Shown: positions 13,150-26,467 of the stretch, piece by piece
Position numbering within the stretch: the stretch's first letter is position 1
Layout: the number at the start of each line of letters is the position of its first letter
Assembly: GCF_006345805.1 (NCBI RefSeq)
Contig: NC_043002.1
Location: forward strand, 92,380,001-92,444,000
Source: Octopus sinensis
Lineage: Eukaryota
DNA: 64,000 bases
Direction: 5' to 3'
Translations under genes and position numbers: made by a program
The notes under the pieces: model-generated
Databases searched by the model: none
Told to the model about the DNA's origin: nothing
What the model saw: the letters and a program-made list of their open reading frames with translations, nothing else

Positions 13150-13649
13150 AAATATGGAATAGATCTATAATTACGGAAGACCAGCGGATTCTTAGCGCAA
13201 TAAACTGTTTTTCTCTGTGTGCATGTGCGGGGGGGGGGGGGGTGTAGATGGTGTGTGTGGGGGGCGTTTTTGCGTGCATGTGCGTGCATCATTGCACGTG
13301 TAAGTGCATTCTTTGTATGAGCTTGCATGCGTATAAATTGCGTCCGAAATATATGCAGAAGAAATGAGTATCGCTGACGATTGTAACGTGTTTAGCAACA
13401 GACGCTATTGGCATTAGTCATGCACTTCAATTTAGCAATATCACAAATATTAGGCCAGTATCTAGGCTCCCTTATCAGATGACGAATAGAAGTATTCAGT
13501 CGTGAGATAACCATAAAACACTGATACGGAAGATATCGAGAACATTAGAAAAATTAAATAAATTATCATAACCAATAAATAAATCATATTTTCGATTCGG
13601 GTCCCTAATCAAACAGAAGTAATATGTATATGTGTGTGTGTGTGTGCAT

Positions 13650-13652
13650 GTG

Positions 13653-13717
<65 letters not shown>

Positions 13718-13739
13718 GCGGATAAATAGATAGATAGAC

Positions 13740-13809
<70 letters not shown>

Positions 13810-13834
13810 ACAGACAAACATATAAATGGATAGG

Positions 13835-13900
<66 letters not shown>
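13650..13900. repeat. (GATA)n microsatellite
   Basis: Visible. Confidence 0.95.
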
Positions 13901-14192
13901 TCCACACCAAATGCACGCACGCACACAGGTACACAAACGCACGCACACTCACACACACGCACACATACCACACACCACACACACACCTACACACAAACGC
14001 ATTCATACATACACACCACACTGTCACACAATAGTATCAAAACTGAGAATGGTCAACACCACATTTCGTTGTGATTTAACATTGCTGCCAATGGGTTCAT
14101 GGTGAATGAATTTCCGCAACATTTCAACCGGTATCATCCACAATGGAATGTGTGTTTGCGTGTGCGTGCTTGTGTGTGTGTGTGTGTGTGTA

Positions 14193-14234
<42 letters not shown>

Positions 14235-14299
14235 GGAGAAATTGGGATGACAAAGGAAATAAACAATTATGGTATGAATTTCATTACCGTATATATATA

Positions 14300-14834
14300 T
14301 ATATATATAATTCTTGTGACCTCCTTCGGTCATGAATGACCATGCAATTGCACCTAGAAAGCTACCCTCCGAGGTACAAGTCTGGACAAGGTTGTTTGTG
14401 AAAGACCAGCAGTCGCCCACGCATACCAGCCTCCCCCTTTCCACGCCACCAATGTTATCCAAGGGAAAGGCAAATGCCGATACAGCTTGGCACCAGTGAC
14501 GTCGCAGCTCATTTATTAACGTGCAAGTGGCTGAGCACTCCACAGAACACGTGTACCCTTAACGTAGTTCTCGGGGAGATTCAGCGTGACACAGAGTATG
14601 ACAAGGCTGGCCCTTTGAAATACAGGTACAACAGAAACAGGAAGAAAGAGTGAGAGAAAGTTGTGGTGAAAGAGTACAGCAGGGTTCACCACCACCACCA
14701 TCCCCTGCCGGAGCTTCGTGGAGCTTTAGGTGTTTTCGCTCAATAAACACTCACAATGCCCGGTCTGGGAATCGAAACCGCGATCCTACGACCGCGAGTC
14801 CGCTGCCCTAACCACTGGGCTATTGCGCCTCCAC
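14300..14834 (-). mobile_element. SINE family S3 (tRNA-derived head), chimeric tail
   Basis: Head GTGGAGGCGCAATAGCCCAGTGGTTAGGGCAGCGG…GGTTTCGATTCCC contains Pol III A box (TAGCCCAGTGG) and B box. Body is shared with 18790-18968 and 44795-44880. Confidence 0.85.
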
Positions 14835-15129
14835 TTATATATAATACGGAGTAGGAAAACACCCGACAACTGATGAAGGGTAGTTCTTTATGTTGCTTGT
14901 CTTGTTTTCTATTTGTTTCTTTCGTTGTTCGCAAAAAAAGTTCGTATTCCATGTTTTCGTATTTCGTATTTCATGTTCTTTACGTCCTGTGCCCATATAT
15001 GCATATGTCTATACGTGTATATATAAGTATGTACATATACGCATATATATATATATATATTGATATATTATTTATATTATTATATTATTGAACGCCACGC
15101 ATCGATTTCCAGGTAAGTTATATACATAT

Positions 15130-15520
15130 ATATATTCTCATTTACTCATTTACTTGTTTCAGTCATTTGACTGTGGCCATGCTGGAGCACCGCCTTTAGT
15201 CGAGGAAATCGACCCCGGACTTATTCTTTGTAAGCCTAGTACTTATTCTATCGATTTTTTGTGCCGAGCCGCTAAGTTACGGGGACGTAAACACACCAGC
15301 ATCGGTTGTCAAGTGATGTTAGCGGGGGTGACAAACACAACACATACACATATATATACGACGGGCTTCTTTCAGTTTCTGTCTGCCAAATCCACTGACA
15401 AGGCTTTGGTCGGCCCGAGGCTATAGTAGAAGACACTTGCCCAAGGTGCCACACAGTGGGACTGAACCCGGAACCGTGTGGTTCGTAAGCAAGCTACTTA
15501 CCACACAGCCACTCCTACGT
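15130..15520 (-). mobile_element. SINE family S1, full length (CORE-like)
   Basis: GGAGTGGCTGTGTGGTAAG…GGTTCAGTCCC (A/B box-like), GTGGCACCTTGGGCAAGTG (CORE-like), tail GCTCCAGCATGGCC…CAAATGACTGAAACAAG. Confidence 0.88.
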
Positions 15521-15984
15521 TTATATATATAAATTTAAAATGATAAGGGTGAAGAATTGAATATTAATTTGATTAATATCAATTTAAAACCAGTGGTCTA
15601 GCATATAGAAAAATCTGAAAATTCAGAAAAATTATATTATATACATATAAGAGGGATGACCATTAAGTGGACATCCATTATGCAAGAAGTCGACCTCCTG
15701 TGGTCTTACCACTAAGAAAGGAATGTTCTCAAGAAAATGTAGCAAACGCCAGAACGTAAGCGAGCAAGACAAATGAAAAGATACAAAATATACAGATTAA
15801 TCACAAACCCGGTTTCGTTGTTACCACTTACGTAATCACTTAACTACGTTAAGGATACACGTGTTTGTGGAGTGCTTAGCCACTTGCACGTTAATTTCAC
15901 GAGCAAGTTGTTCCGTGGGACCCTCGTCATCGCAACCGACGGAGTGCTCCTCACCATCAAAGAATATCGGCTCTATTTTTCCTA

Positions 15985-16460
15985 TGGAAGAAAAGACGAG
16001 TCAAAGTGTCAAGATAGCATGTGGGTTAAAATCGCTACAGGACACACAATTATGGTGATGGTTATACCCGTTCAATATGAAAGTTGCTTCATCTGACCAC
16101 CGTATGCGATCATCAAAGGTCCCTTCATTGACTTTATTCAGGAGAATTTCGTAAAACTCTGATCTTTTGTATGTATCTCTATCATGCAAGGTTTATGAAT
16201 CTACGAACACTTTTATCACTGACTAGCACTATGACCCGGCATTCAATTGACGTATCAGGTTTCGGGCATTTTGATTGAGTTTTGGATAGAAAATTCACAA
16301 AAAAGTCACTTCTATTGATTTTTAATGACTTTGCGGGGTGACTGGGGAAATGTAAAGATGTGCACGACCACCCTTGGACGGTTTTGAATGACCATAGAAA
16401 GTGCGAGCCCTCTAACTGAAAAAATTGTGGATTTGTATAAAGGACACACACGCAGACATT
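15985..16460 (-). pseudogene. Tc1/mariner-superfamily transposase remnant (HTH to first catalytic D)
   Basis: HDRDTYKRSEFYEILLNK…DDRIRWSDEATFILNGYNHHHNCV…NPH matches the W(F)SDEA.F.L.G.VN.HN…W…NPH motif of mariner/maT-type transposases. Confidence 0.75.
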
Positions 16461-16974
16461 TTGCCATTTATATATATAGAGAGATACCCAACTCTGAAGA
16501 ATGACGTCGACTGAAATTTTTAGGAGTACTCAACAATGATTCTCTTATTTCATTGAAATTTTCCAAACTTGTTGATGCAACAACCTTACTGGTTTTGGGG
16601 AATCACTTACGCTTCTAGTTCTTTCAGATTTTGTTAATTAAGCTTGTGATATTTCGGCTCTGCATTCACGGGAAGTTAAATTTTGTTGATAACTAACAAA
16701 GTGGCTTCAGCTCCCTTCTGGCTATTTTGGTAATAAAGCTGAACTTCTTTCACTTTTTGTTCTTTCGTTATTCGCACGGTTACATTTGTCCCGAATTCCT
16801 GAATATAAAGGGAAAGAAACGACGCGGTATAAATTGCATACATAAGTATATAAAACTATATATACTTGCTATAAAACTGAAAGAAAACAACAGAAATTTA
16901 TACAAATAACAAAAAACTCTATAAACAAATAAAAAAAGGGTGTTACTTCTGTTGCACCCTATCCATGTAAGTAA

Positions 16975-17160
16975 GTATGTATGTATGTATGCATGTATGA
17001 ATGTATGTATGTATGTATGTATGTATGTATGTATGTTTGTATGTATGTATGTATGTATGTATGGTGTATGTATGTCTGTATGTATGTATGTATGTATGTA
17101 TGTATGTATGTATGTATGTATGTTTGTATGTATGTATGTATGTATGTATGTATGCAAGTA
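16975..17160. repeat. (ATGT)n microsatellite
   Basis: Visible. Confidence 0.95.
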
Positions 17161-17201
17161 TGTATGCATATATGATGTAGGTTTGTATGTATGTATATGT
17201 T

Positions 17202-17245
<44 letters not shown>

Positions 17246-17944
17246 ATATATCTATATATACACATATATATACATGGATATACACTCGCATCTACATATA
17301 TAGATTTTATATGTATTATGTGTATATGCATGTATATATATGTATATATATGTATATATATGTAATATATATGGATATACATATTCATATATATGCATAT
17401 ATGTACTATGTGTATGTTATATATATATATATATAATATATTATATTGTATTATATTATATTATATTATATTATGTGTGTGTGCACGTATGTATGTATGT
17501 ATATACATGACCCATATGTTAGAGTGCTACTTATTTCTATCCCTTTTTCTTTCTTTTCTTTTTACAATATATTTTTACAAAATTTTGTCTTTCATTTTTC
17601 TTTCTTTTTTATCTATTTATTCGGTTTTTATTTTTTTGTCATAGGAAACCAGGATTGTATTCAGTTTACGATACGTTAAATTAGGCTTAATTAAGTTACA
17701 TATAATATAAGACGTTACTATGTTAAGATAGTGTTATTAGAAAACTTCTCTGATGACGATATCTGCGAAATGTAATGATGTACCATTGTGATGGTTTCGC
17801 CATATTCTTGTGGAATTCAATCAGGTTTCATCGAAATAGTTTAATAGATCTTTGAGACTGATGTAAAATAGCCTTTTTTTACCTTCTTTGCAAAAATCTG
17901 ATTAGTGGTATGTATGCGTTTAGTAACGGTCGACGATGGCGTTC

Positions 17945-18283
17945 GCGACCGCAGCGGTGGTGGTGGTGGTGGTGGTGGTGGTGGTGGTTGTGGTGGTGGC
18001 GGCGGCGACGGCGGCGGTAGTGGTGGCGACGGCGGTGGTGGTGTTGTGGTGGTGGTGGTGGCGGTGGTGTTGGTGGTGGCAGCGGTGGCGGTGGTATTGG
18101 TGGTGGCGGTGGTGGTGGTGGCGGTGGCAGTGGCGGTGGCGGTGGTGGTGGCGGCGGTGGCGGTGGTGGTGGTGGTGGTGGTGGCAGCGGTGGCGGTGGT
18201 ATTGGTGGTGGCGGTGGTGGTGTTGGCGGTGGTGGTGGTGGCGGTGGTGGTGGTAGTTGTGGCGGTGGTGGCGGTGGTGGTAC
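17945..18283. repeat. GC-rich (GGT/GGC)n trinucleotide array
   Basis: Visible. The ORFs through it are low-complexity artefacts. Confidence 0.93.
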
Positions 18284-18610
18284 AAAGCAGTGTGGAAATG
18301 AAAACCAACAACGGTTTGGAGGATACGGCTACAGAAAATTATCTATTCATATATGTCATAAATTCAAGGAATACGTTCTGATAGCTCTAGAAATATGTAA
18401 GCATTTGAAACACGCGTAGGGACATACATAATTTGCGCATACACATTTAAGTGTGCTTGCGTTTTTTAGTCCGTTCGTGTACGTGTATGTTCGTGTACTG
18501 CATGTGTGTGCGTGTGTGTGCGCACCAGCGTACATATGTGTGCAGAGAAGCATATATACACAGCTATATTACAATGTTTATCACGCATGCTTCATAAATA
18601 TGTGTGTGTG

Positions 18611-18653
<43 letters not shown>

Positions 18654-18789
18654 TACATATAACTTTGATAACTTTGATAGGCCCAGGCCATGTATATTAT
18701 ATTATTTTATTATTTATGCGCCCTTTTCAAGCCTAGCCAGGCTTCTGGGCCCGGTTTCCCGCTTTCTGTGGCGTATGTGTTCACCGCAG

Positions 18790-18968
18790 CATTACTCAAG
18801 AAACAGGAAGAGAGAGTGAGAGAAAGTTGTGGCGAAAGAGTACAAGAGGGGTCGCTTTAGGCGTTTTCGCTCAATAAACACACACAATGCCCGGTCTGGG
18901 AATCGAAACCACGATCCTCTTCCGACCGCGTGTCCGCTGCCCTAACCACTGGGCCACTGCGCCTCCAC
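18790..18968 (-). mobile_element. SINE family S3, 5' part with internal deletion
   Basis: Same tRNA-like head as 14750-14834. Confidence 0.8.
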
Positions 18969-18969
18969 A

Positions 18970-20300
18970 TATATTATATTATATTATATTATATTACTAT
19001 ATTATATTATATTATATTATATTATATTAATAACTAACTATATTACATTACTCCAACGCGATCCACATTATATTATACTATATACATTATATTGCATTGG
19101 TATATTATATTATATTAATATTATATTATATTATATTATATATATTATATTATTGTATTATATTATATTATATTATACTATATTATATTATATTATATTA
19201 TATTATAATATAGTAATTATATTATATTATATTATATTAAATTACATTATATATATTATATTATATTATATTATATTGCATTATATTATATTGTATTATA
19301 TTATATTATATTATACTATATTATTTTTATTATATTATATTATATTATATTATATTATATTTAAGATATTTATATGTATTTATATTATATTAAATTCTAT
19401 TATATTATATTATATTATATTATATTGTATTATATTATATTATATTGTAGTATATTATATTATATTTTACTATTTATATTATATTAATATTATATTATAA
19501 TATATTATATTATATTGTATATTATATTTAGTTATATTATATTATAATTGTATTAGATTATATATATTACATTATATTATACTATATTATATTGTATTAT
19601 ATAATATTATATTATATTATACTATATTATCTTATATTATATTATACATATTAATATTTATTTATTATATTGTATTATATTATATTATATTATTACTATA
19701 TTATATTATATTATATTATTATTGTATTATATTATATTATAATTATATTGTTTGTATTATATTATATTATATTATATTATATTGTATTATATTATATTGT
19801 ATTATATTATATTATAATTATATTATACTATACTATATTATATTATATTATATTATACTATATTATATTATATTATATTATATTGTATTGTATTTATTAT
19901 ACTTATATTATATTATATATATTATATTATATTGTATAATATTATATTATATTATACTCATTATATTATATTTTATTATATATTATATTATATCTATATT
20001 ATATTATATTATATTATATTATACTATATTATATTATATTATACTATATTATATTATATTATATTATATTTATTATATTATAATATATTTACTATATTAT
20101 ATTATACCATATTATATTCTATTATATTATACTATATTATATTATATTATATTATATTATATTTAGATACTATACATTATATTATATTATATTATATATA
20201 CTACATTATCTTATATTATAATTATAATTATAATATAGTTATATTATATTATTATATATTTATTACTATATTATATTATATTATATTATATTATATTATA
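18970..20300. repeat. (ATATT)n pentanucleotide array, ~1.3 kb
   Basis: Visible, imperfect. Confidence 0.95.
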
Positions 20301-20784
20301 TTAAATATCTAAGCGAGATGTAAACAGTAGCAATACGGAATCGTAACATATAATAGCCAATCAAGTGTGGCGTCCGATACAGGAAAGTGCTACTGCTGTT
20401 TATAGCCCAGGAAGACATCTCTTCCAGCTGGCTAACGGCGCACATTCTGTGTCTGATTAGTATTTGCGAGGAGAGGGTCATCGCTCCCATCTCTAGCCTT
20501 ACGTGCTACACATGGATTTGAGTTTCTAGGTGGTTACCCGTCCCCAGCGTGTGTTAACCACCAGCTAGTGATGAACACTCATTCCACTCGCAAAATACTA
20601 TTTGCTTTCTCCAGCGACAAACTGTCGCTGATCTCGTAAAAGAATAAGCCCTGCGTCGATTTGTTCGACTGGGGGAGGTGCTCCAGCATAGCCGTAGTCA
20701 AATGACTGAAACAAGTGAAAGAATAAAAGAATGAAGGAATATATATATATTTATATATATATACACCCACATGCATATATATAT

Positions 20785-21020
20785 ATATTTCTTTATTGCC
20801 CACAAGGGGCTAAACATAGAGGGGACAAACAAGGACAGACAAAGGGATTAAGTCGATTACATCGACCCCAGTGCGAAACTGGTACTTTATTTATCGACCC
20901 CGAAAGGATGAAAGGCAATGTCGACCTTGACGGAATTTGATCTCAGAACGTAACAACAGACGAAATACCGCTAAGCATTTCGCCCGGCGCGCTAACGTTT
21001 CTGCCAGCTCGCCGCCTTAT
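20785..21020 (-). mobile_element. SINE family S2, monomer
   Basis: GGCGGCGAGCTGGCAGAAACGTTAGCGCGCCGGGCG head through GGGCAATAAAGAAA tail. Confidence 0.88.
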
Positions 21021-21355
21021 ATGAATATATATACACACATGCACATATATATATATACACATGCATATATATACACACACGCACATATATATGCATGTAT
21101 ATATATTTAATATAACATATATAACCATTTATATTTATCTTTTTATAAACATGCATTTACATGATTAATACATGTAACGAACAGTTATATAGGCTTCCTA
21201 TATAACTGTTCGTATTCATATATAAACATACCTGTATACGCACCAGCCATAAGCCATAGAACTATTCGCATACGTTTATATGTTAACCTGTGTATATATG
21301 TGTGTGTGTGTGTATATATATGCATATAATATATATACACACACACGCATATCAC

Positions 21356-21429
<74 letters not shown>

Positions 21430-21574
21430 CATGCGAAAAATGCATTCGCATTTGTTTACTGTTCACAACATAGATATTACAAGCTTTAATCTAACAACTT
21501 TAGATTTATCTTCTTTCTATACAAGTTAATATGAATGTTTGTATGAATGTTTGTTTGTTTAGAAGAGAAGGGAG

Positions 21575-21596
21575 TGAGACAGACAGACAGACAGAC

Positions 21597-21633
<37 letters not shown>

Positions 21634-21742
21634 GACAGAGACAGAGACAGACAGACAGACTGGCAGACAGGCAGACAGGCAAACAGACAGACAGACAGAC
21701 AGACAGACAAGCAGGCAGGCAGAGACATAGACAGACAGAGAC

Positions 21743-21789
<47 letters not shown>

Positions 21790-21805
21790 AGAAAGAAAGA
21801 AAGAT
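21575..21805. repeat. (GACA)n/(GAAA)n microsatellite
   Basis: Visible. Confidence 0.95.
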
Positions 21806-22129
21806 AAATGTCTTAGAGATGTTACGGAAAAATATAGAGAAAATACTTTTCAAGTGCTTAACAGTGGGCACAATAAAACTGAGTAACTAAAGATTTAATG
21901 CAATAGAATATTGAGATATGCTAAATACGAAAGCGAAAAGACACACGAGAATAAAAGCAGACAATATATAATAAGATAAATATTTAAATATATATTGCAT
22001 ATTGCCCCGACGCCATGTAATATATAAGAAAATACACGCGTTACAGTTCCCAGTAGGAAGATAGGAAATCATGGCTGGATCATACGGCTGGTGAATACCA
22101 GAACATGGTGGAGACAATCGAATTTTTTA

Positions 22130-23215
22130 TTGATTTTTAACGGACACATCCACACTCGTTCGTCTGGCCGAATTTGTCCTCTCACTCAACTACTTCTCGT
22201 TCGCTGGTGATTTTTACCTGCAAATCTCGGGAGTGGCCATGGGAACGAGAATGCGAACCTGTTCGTTGACTACGCGTAGGATGAAGTGGCGAGCCATGAG
22301 TTGAGACTGAGTCTCAAAGTCATGCATAGACGGAGAATTTGGGAAAGGGGATGGAAAGCGTGGTGTTCTTAGGGTGGGAGAAGTAGGTGTGGATGTGGGG
22401 CTGGGAAGTGGACAGTGCTTCCTCCCACTCTCCTCGCCTCTCTTGCTCCGACTCTTACTTCTTCTCTTCACTCCTATTCTCCTTCTCTCTTCTCTTCACT
22501 CTTACCCACCTTTTCCTTCCCCCGCTCCCTTCCTCATCATCCCTCCATCGTAAACCTACCCAACACAATCCAACCACACTTTCCCTAGCCACCCACCCCC
22601 ACCCCATCACTTACACCCACTCCCATCACCTCTACCCCCACCTTCAACCTACCCATATTCCCCACCTCTACCCTACCCTCAGCCTAACCTACACCCCACC
22701 CTTGCTTTCCCTACTTTCGCCTCGCCCACCTCCCAACACCATCACACCACACCACACACCACTACACCATACACCACCATACCACACAACAGCATATCAC
22801 ATCACATCACACCACCACGCACACAATAGCACTGACCATTTCCCAGCCCCACATCCACACACCTGCACATACACACACGCACACATGAAGGTCACCAGCC
22901 CTCTTCCACACGCGCATACATGCTCTCTTATACATACGCATGCGCACCTTCGTTTTGGGATCACCACTACTTTATTATCTCCCCTTCTTCCTAGCTCTCC
23001 TGTGGGACACCTCTGTCCGGCATTCGCCTTGATAGATCGCTATCCACTACACATTCTTTATTTTCTCTCCTTGTTTCTTTCTGTGTTTCTTTCTGTGGAA
23101 GAGCGTAGGCTAGAAACGTTAAAGACTTTTTCACTTCCCGAGCATTAAACTAATACATCTGTTTGTTGTCTACACCACCTGTTTTCGTCTTTTGTTTTTT
23201 CTGTGAATTCTCCCT
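22130..23215 (+). mobile_element. Rearranged PLE family A copy: RT fragment, inverted UTR piece, 3' UTR, pLTR
   Basis: 22143-22275 translates (one frameshift) TSTLVRLAEFVLSLNYFSFAGDFYLQISGVAMGTRM…ANLFVDY, the PLE RT QxxGxxMG motif. 22425-23215 is homologous to 4060-4775. HHR variant at 23088-23125. Confidence 0.78.
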
Positions 23216-23330
23216 CTGTATATATTCGTATATATAGGCATTGCGAGACTAATAACCTGGATTACAACTCAATATACACATGCTTCAGAATGAAGCATTA
23301 GTCGATTACAGAGCGGTAATAAAAAAATGA

Positions 23331-23559
23331 AATGATAAAAGAATAAACGATTATCTTCATTAGCTTACAGCTTCATTAGCTTACAGCTGTTTCTCCAGTA
23401 AGAGGCAGCGGACTCATAGGTGAGTGCTTGAGTAACACCAAGGCTTCATCGGAGCCTCAAAGATGAGGTGCAATTCATTTTATAAGTTGCACTTCGTGTG
23501 GAGCAGAAACAGCCAGAAGCTAATGAAGTTCATAAGATAAGCATTTATTCGTTATCATT
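23331..23559. repeat. Imperfect palindrome (fold-back element), possibly PLE-derived
   Basis: Left arm AATGATAAAAGAATAAACGATTATCTT…CATTAGCTTACAGCTGTTTCTCCA pairs with right arm TGGAGCAGAAACAGCCAGAAGCTAATG…AAGATAAGCATTTATTCGTTATCATT. Confidence 0.6.
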
Positions 23560-23656
23560 TCTTTTCTCTTATGTATAGATGTGGATGTGGGTGTGTATGC
23601 ATGTGCGCGCGTGTGTATGTGTTGTGTGTGTATATATATATATATTAATTTTATAT

Positions 23657-23687
<31 letters not shown>

Positions 23688-24204
23688 CCGAATCCAAAAG
23701 AAGTAGCAATTTTGTTAGACCAGATAAAGTATTAACCTACAAGTAGCATATAGAGGATTATATATCAGTTGTAGAATCGTATTATTTATATATATAATAT
23801 ATATATATACATATAGGAAATATTGCCTTGTAGTGTGATGAAAGTCATAAATACAACACGAAAATATACACAGTGAATCTATATTTGATATTTTAGATTT
23901 ATTACATCTTATGTTGCATTAGATATCATATATATTAGACGACATGGAGATCGTACTGATAAATATAATATCGAATTACATCTAATCTATGTAGCACATG
24001 CTATATAAATTATATTTAATAAATATATAAACACTTCTGGTTGTTTGATGCTTGCCAATACACACGCACAAGACAATACAACACGCATACATATGTAAGT
24101 ATGTATGTATATATATAAATAAATAATATATCTATAATATATATATATATAGATATATTATATATATATATATATAAATACATGCGTAATATATATGAAG
24201 GTAG

Positions 24205-24216
24205 GTTAGATAGATC

Positions 24217-24285
<69 letters not shown>

Positions 24286-24329
24286 GTAGTAGGTATGATA
24301 GATAGATAGATAGATAGATAGATAAGATA

Positions 24330-24369
<40 letters not shown>

Positions 24370-24370
24370 G

Positions 24371-24437
<67 letters not shown>
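24205..24437. repeat. (GATA)n microsatellite
   Basis: Visible. Confidence 0.95.
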
Positions 24438-24438
<1 letters not shown>

Positions 24439-24678
24439 GTTGGGGGAAACACAGGAAGATATCGCTGGAATATGGATTATATAATCTATATCTTATTGAA
24501 AACAAAAATGAGATTTGTTATTCTAGTCACATTTTTCTGTGTGATTTTTAAGTAGTTATAGGAGAATAGGAGAATAATAAAAACATTGCTCAAACGTGGT
24601 ACTGTAGCTGTGTATGTGTGTGTGTGTGTGTTTGGTGTGAAGGTGTATATATGTACTCACACGCACATACACACAATT

Positions 24679-24779
<101 letters not shown>

Positions 24780-24885
24780 TCTATATACATATATAGATAA
24801 ATAGACACACATACTTAATGATGTATCTGGAAACGAATATAGGTATAAATAAACTTTCTAAATATTTGAGCTAAAATTCCTTTAA

Positions 24886-24930
<45 letters not shown>

Positions 24931-24967
24931 ATATATACACGTGTGTGTGTATATATGTATTACTATA

Positions 24968-25480
24968 CTAGCAGAATAGCCCGTCGTTGCCGGGGAATTC
25001 CGTGTCAGAGCATTCTTCCCGACAGATAGGCCTCTTGATCAGAACAGATTTGTGTAATTTTTTGCAAAACACTTCATTGAGGATTTGTATCCTTTTTTAA
25101 ATTGTTTACATGTCTGTTCGAGGTTTCACATGACTTTATTCGTTAAAACTTCAGAAGTTCTTATAACTTTAGTAGTTGTAATGTTTTACTTTCATTTGTT
25201 TAATTAAAAATTCTTCCTCGTAATGATTTTGCTTTCATTTGGTGATAGGCAGCTATCATGCAGAAAATGCCAGCTTCCAAATCCTGTTTTCGGATTAGGT
25301 AAAATTGATTAAACTTTTAAATCTTTGTAACATTTTTCTGCAATTTTTCTCGAACAAATAAATAACAAAATCGGATTTAACGTGGACAAATATTTCAATA
25401 TAACAAATTTGAATATTTTGACATAATTTGAACATTTCAAAAGTAAAGAAACAGACAGTTATAGGACGTCACGTACATAC
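24968..25480 (-). mobile_element. Non-autonomous Helitron (3' end clear, 5' end uncertain)
   Basis: Minus-strand end: hairpin CCCCGGCAACGACGGG then CTATTCTG-CTAG^t, the same terminus type as 10361 and 36311. Confidence 0.6.
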
Positions 25481-25482
25481 AA

Positions 25483-25513
<31 letters not shown>

Positions 25514-25528
25514 CATACACATACACAC

Positions 25529-25562
<34 letters not shown>

Positions 25563-26467
25563 ACACACACACACACACGTACACACGCATACATACACAC
25601 ACACACACTGAAACACAAACACATTTACAAGCGTACACAGGTAATTACGAATTTAAAATGGTGTATAGTAGACATATGTATGTACGTGTGTATGTATGTA
25701 TGTATGTATGTATGTATGTATGTGTATGTATGTATGTATGTACATCGTTGCTATTATGCAAAAGTATCGTAAGTCCAAAACGTTGCTTTTACAGAAAACG
25801 AAAAAATAGTTTCACCATTCCATTTCGTTTTGATTAGCAACAGTTTCATCTTAAGAATACTGCTTTGTTGGGTACATAAAACCGTAACTTCATGCATGTA
25901 TATTTTCATCCAGAAATATTTTGGGAAAACTGAGGTATGTGGGATTTACTACAGTTTTGAAAAATACTAAACAGTTGTACTACACTTTGATAAATTTCGT
26001 TGTTCTATCGGTTCGGTAAAAGAAACCGGTAAAAGAACTGTAACTTATCGGTTCGGTAAAAGAAACCGATAGAATAAGTACTACGCTTACAAAGTATAAG
26101 CCCTGGGATTGATTTCTTTGACTAAAGAACCCTTGAAGGCGATGCTCCAGCATGGTTGCAATCAAATGACTGAAACAAGTAAAAGAACGACAAGAAAGAA
26201 AGAATATATATATATATATTATCGACCACACATACTCAATATAGAAAATGAAATTTGTTGCCGATAGGATGCCATCTAACACGGTGGAGATCCCTTCCTC
26301 AAAGCGCCGGCTGTTAAAACACCCGAAAGTCACAAAATTCCATTCAGGAGCTATGGATATCGATGTTTCGTCATTTTTGTGGCTTGTCAACATCACATAG
26401 CTGAACCGAACTGGATGTGAACCGAATAGCCACTTCTTGACAATATATAAATAAGCAAACAAGCAAA

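Noticed and set aside
14760-14834. tRNA gene
   Set aside because: A and B boxes are present, but the acceptor and anticodon stems do not pair properly and the sequence continues into a repeated SINE body. It is a SINE head.
14845-14885. Hammerhead at CTGATGAAGGG (and CAGAAGAAGG in 1-135)
   Set aside because: GAAAC lies upstream and no GAAA follows stem II. Neither type I, II nor III topology could be completed.
16490-16530. Hammerhead at CTGAAGAATGACGTCGACTGAAAT
   Set aside because: No stem III pairing and no valid stem I.
17745-17775. Hammerhead at CTGATGACGATATCTGCGAAATGTA
   Set aside because: Stem II closing pair and stem I do not form. It is single-copy in this window.
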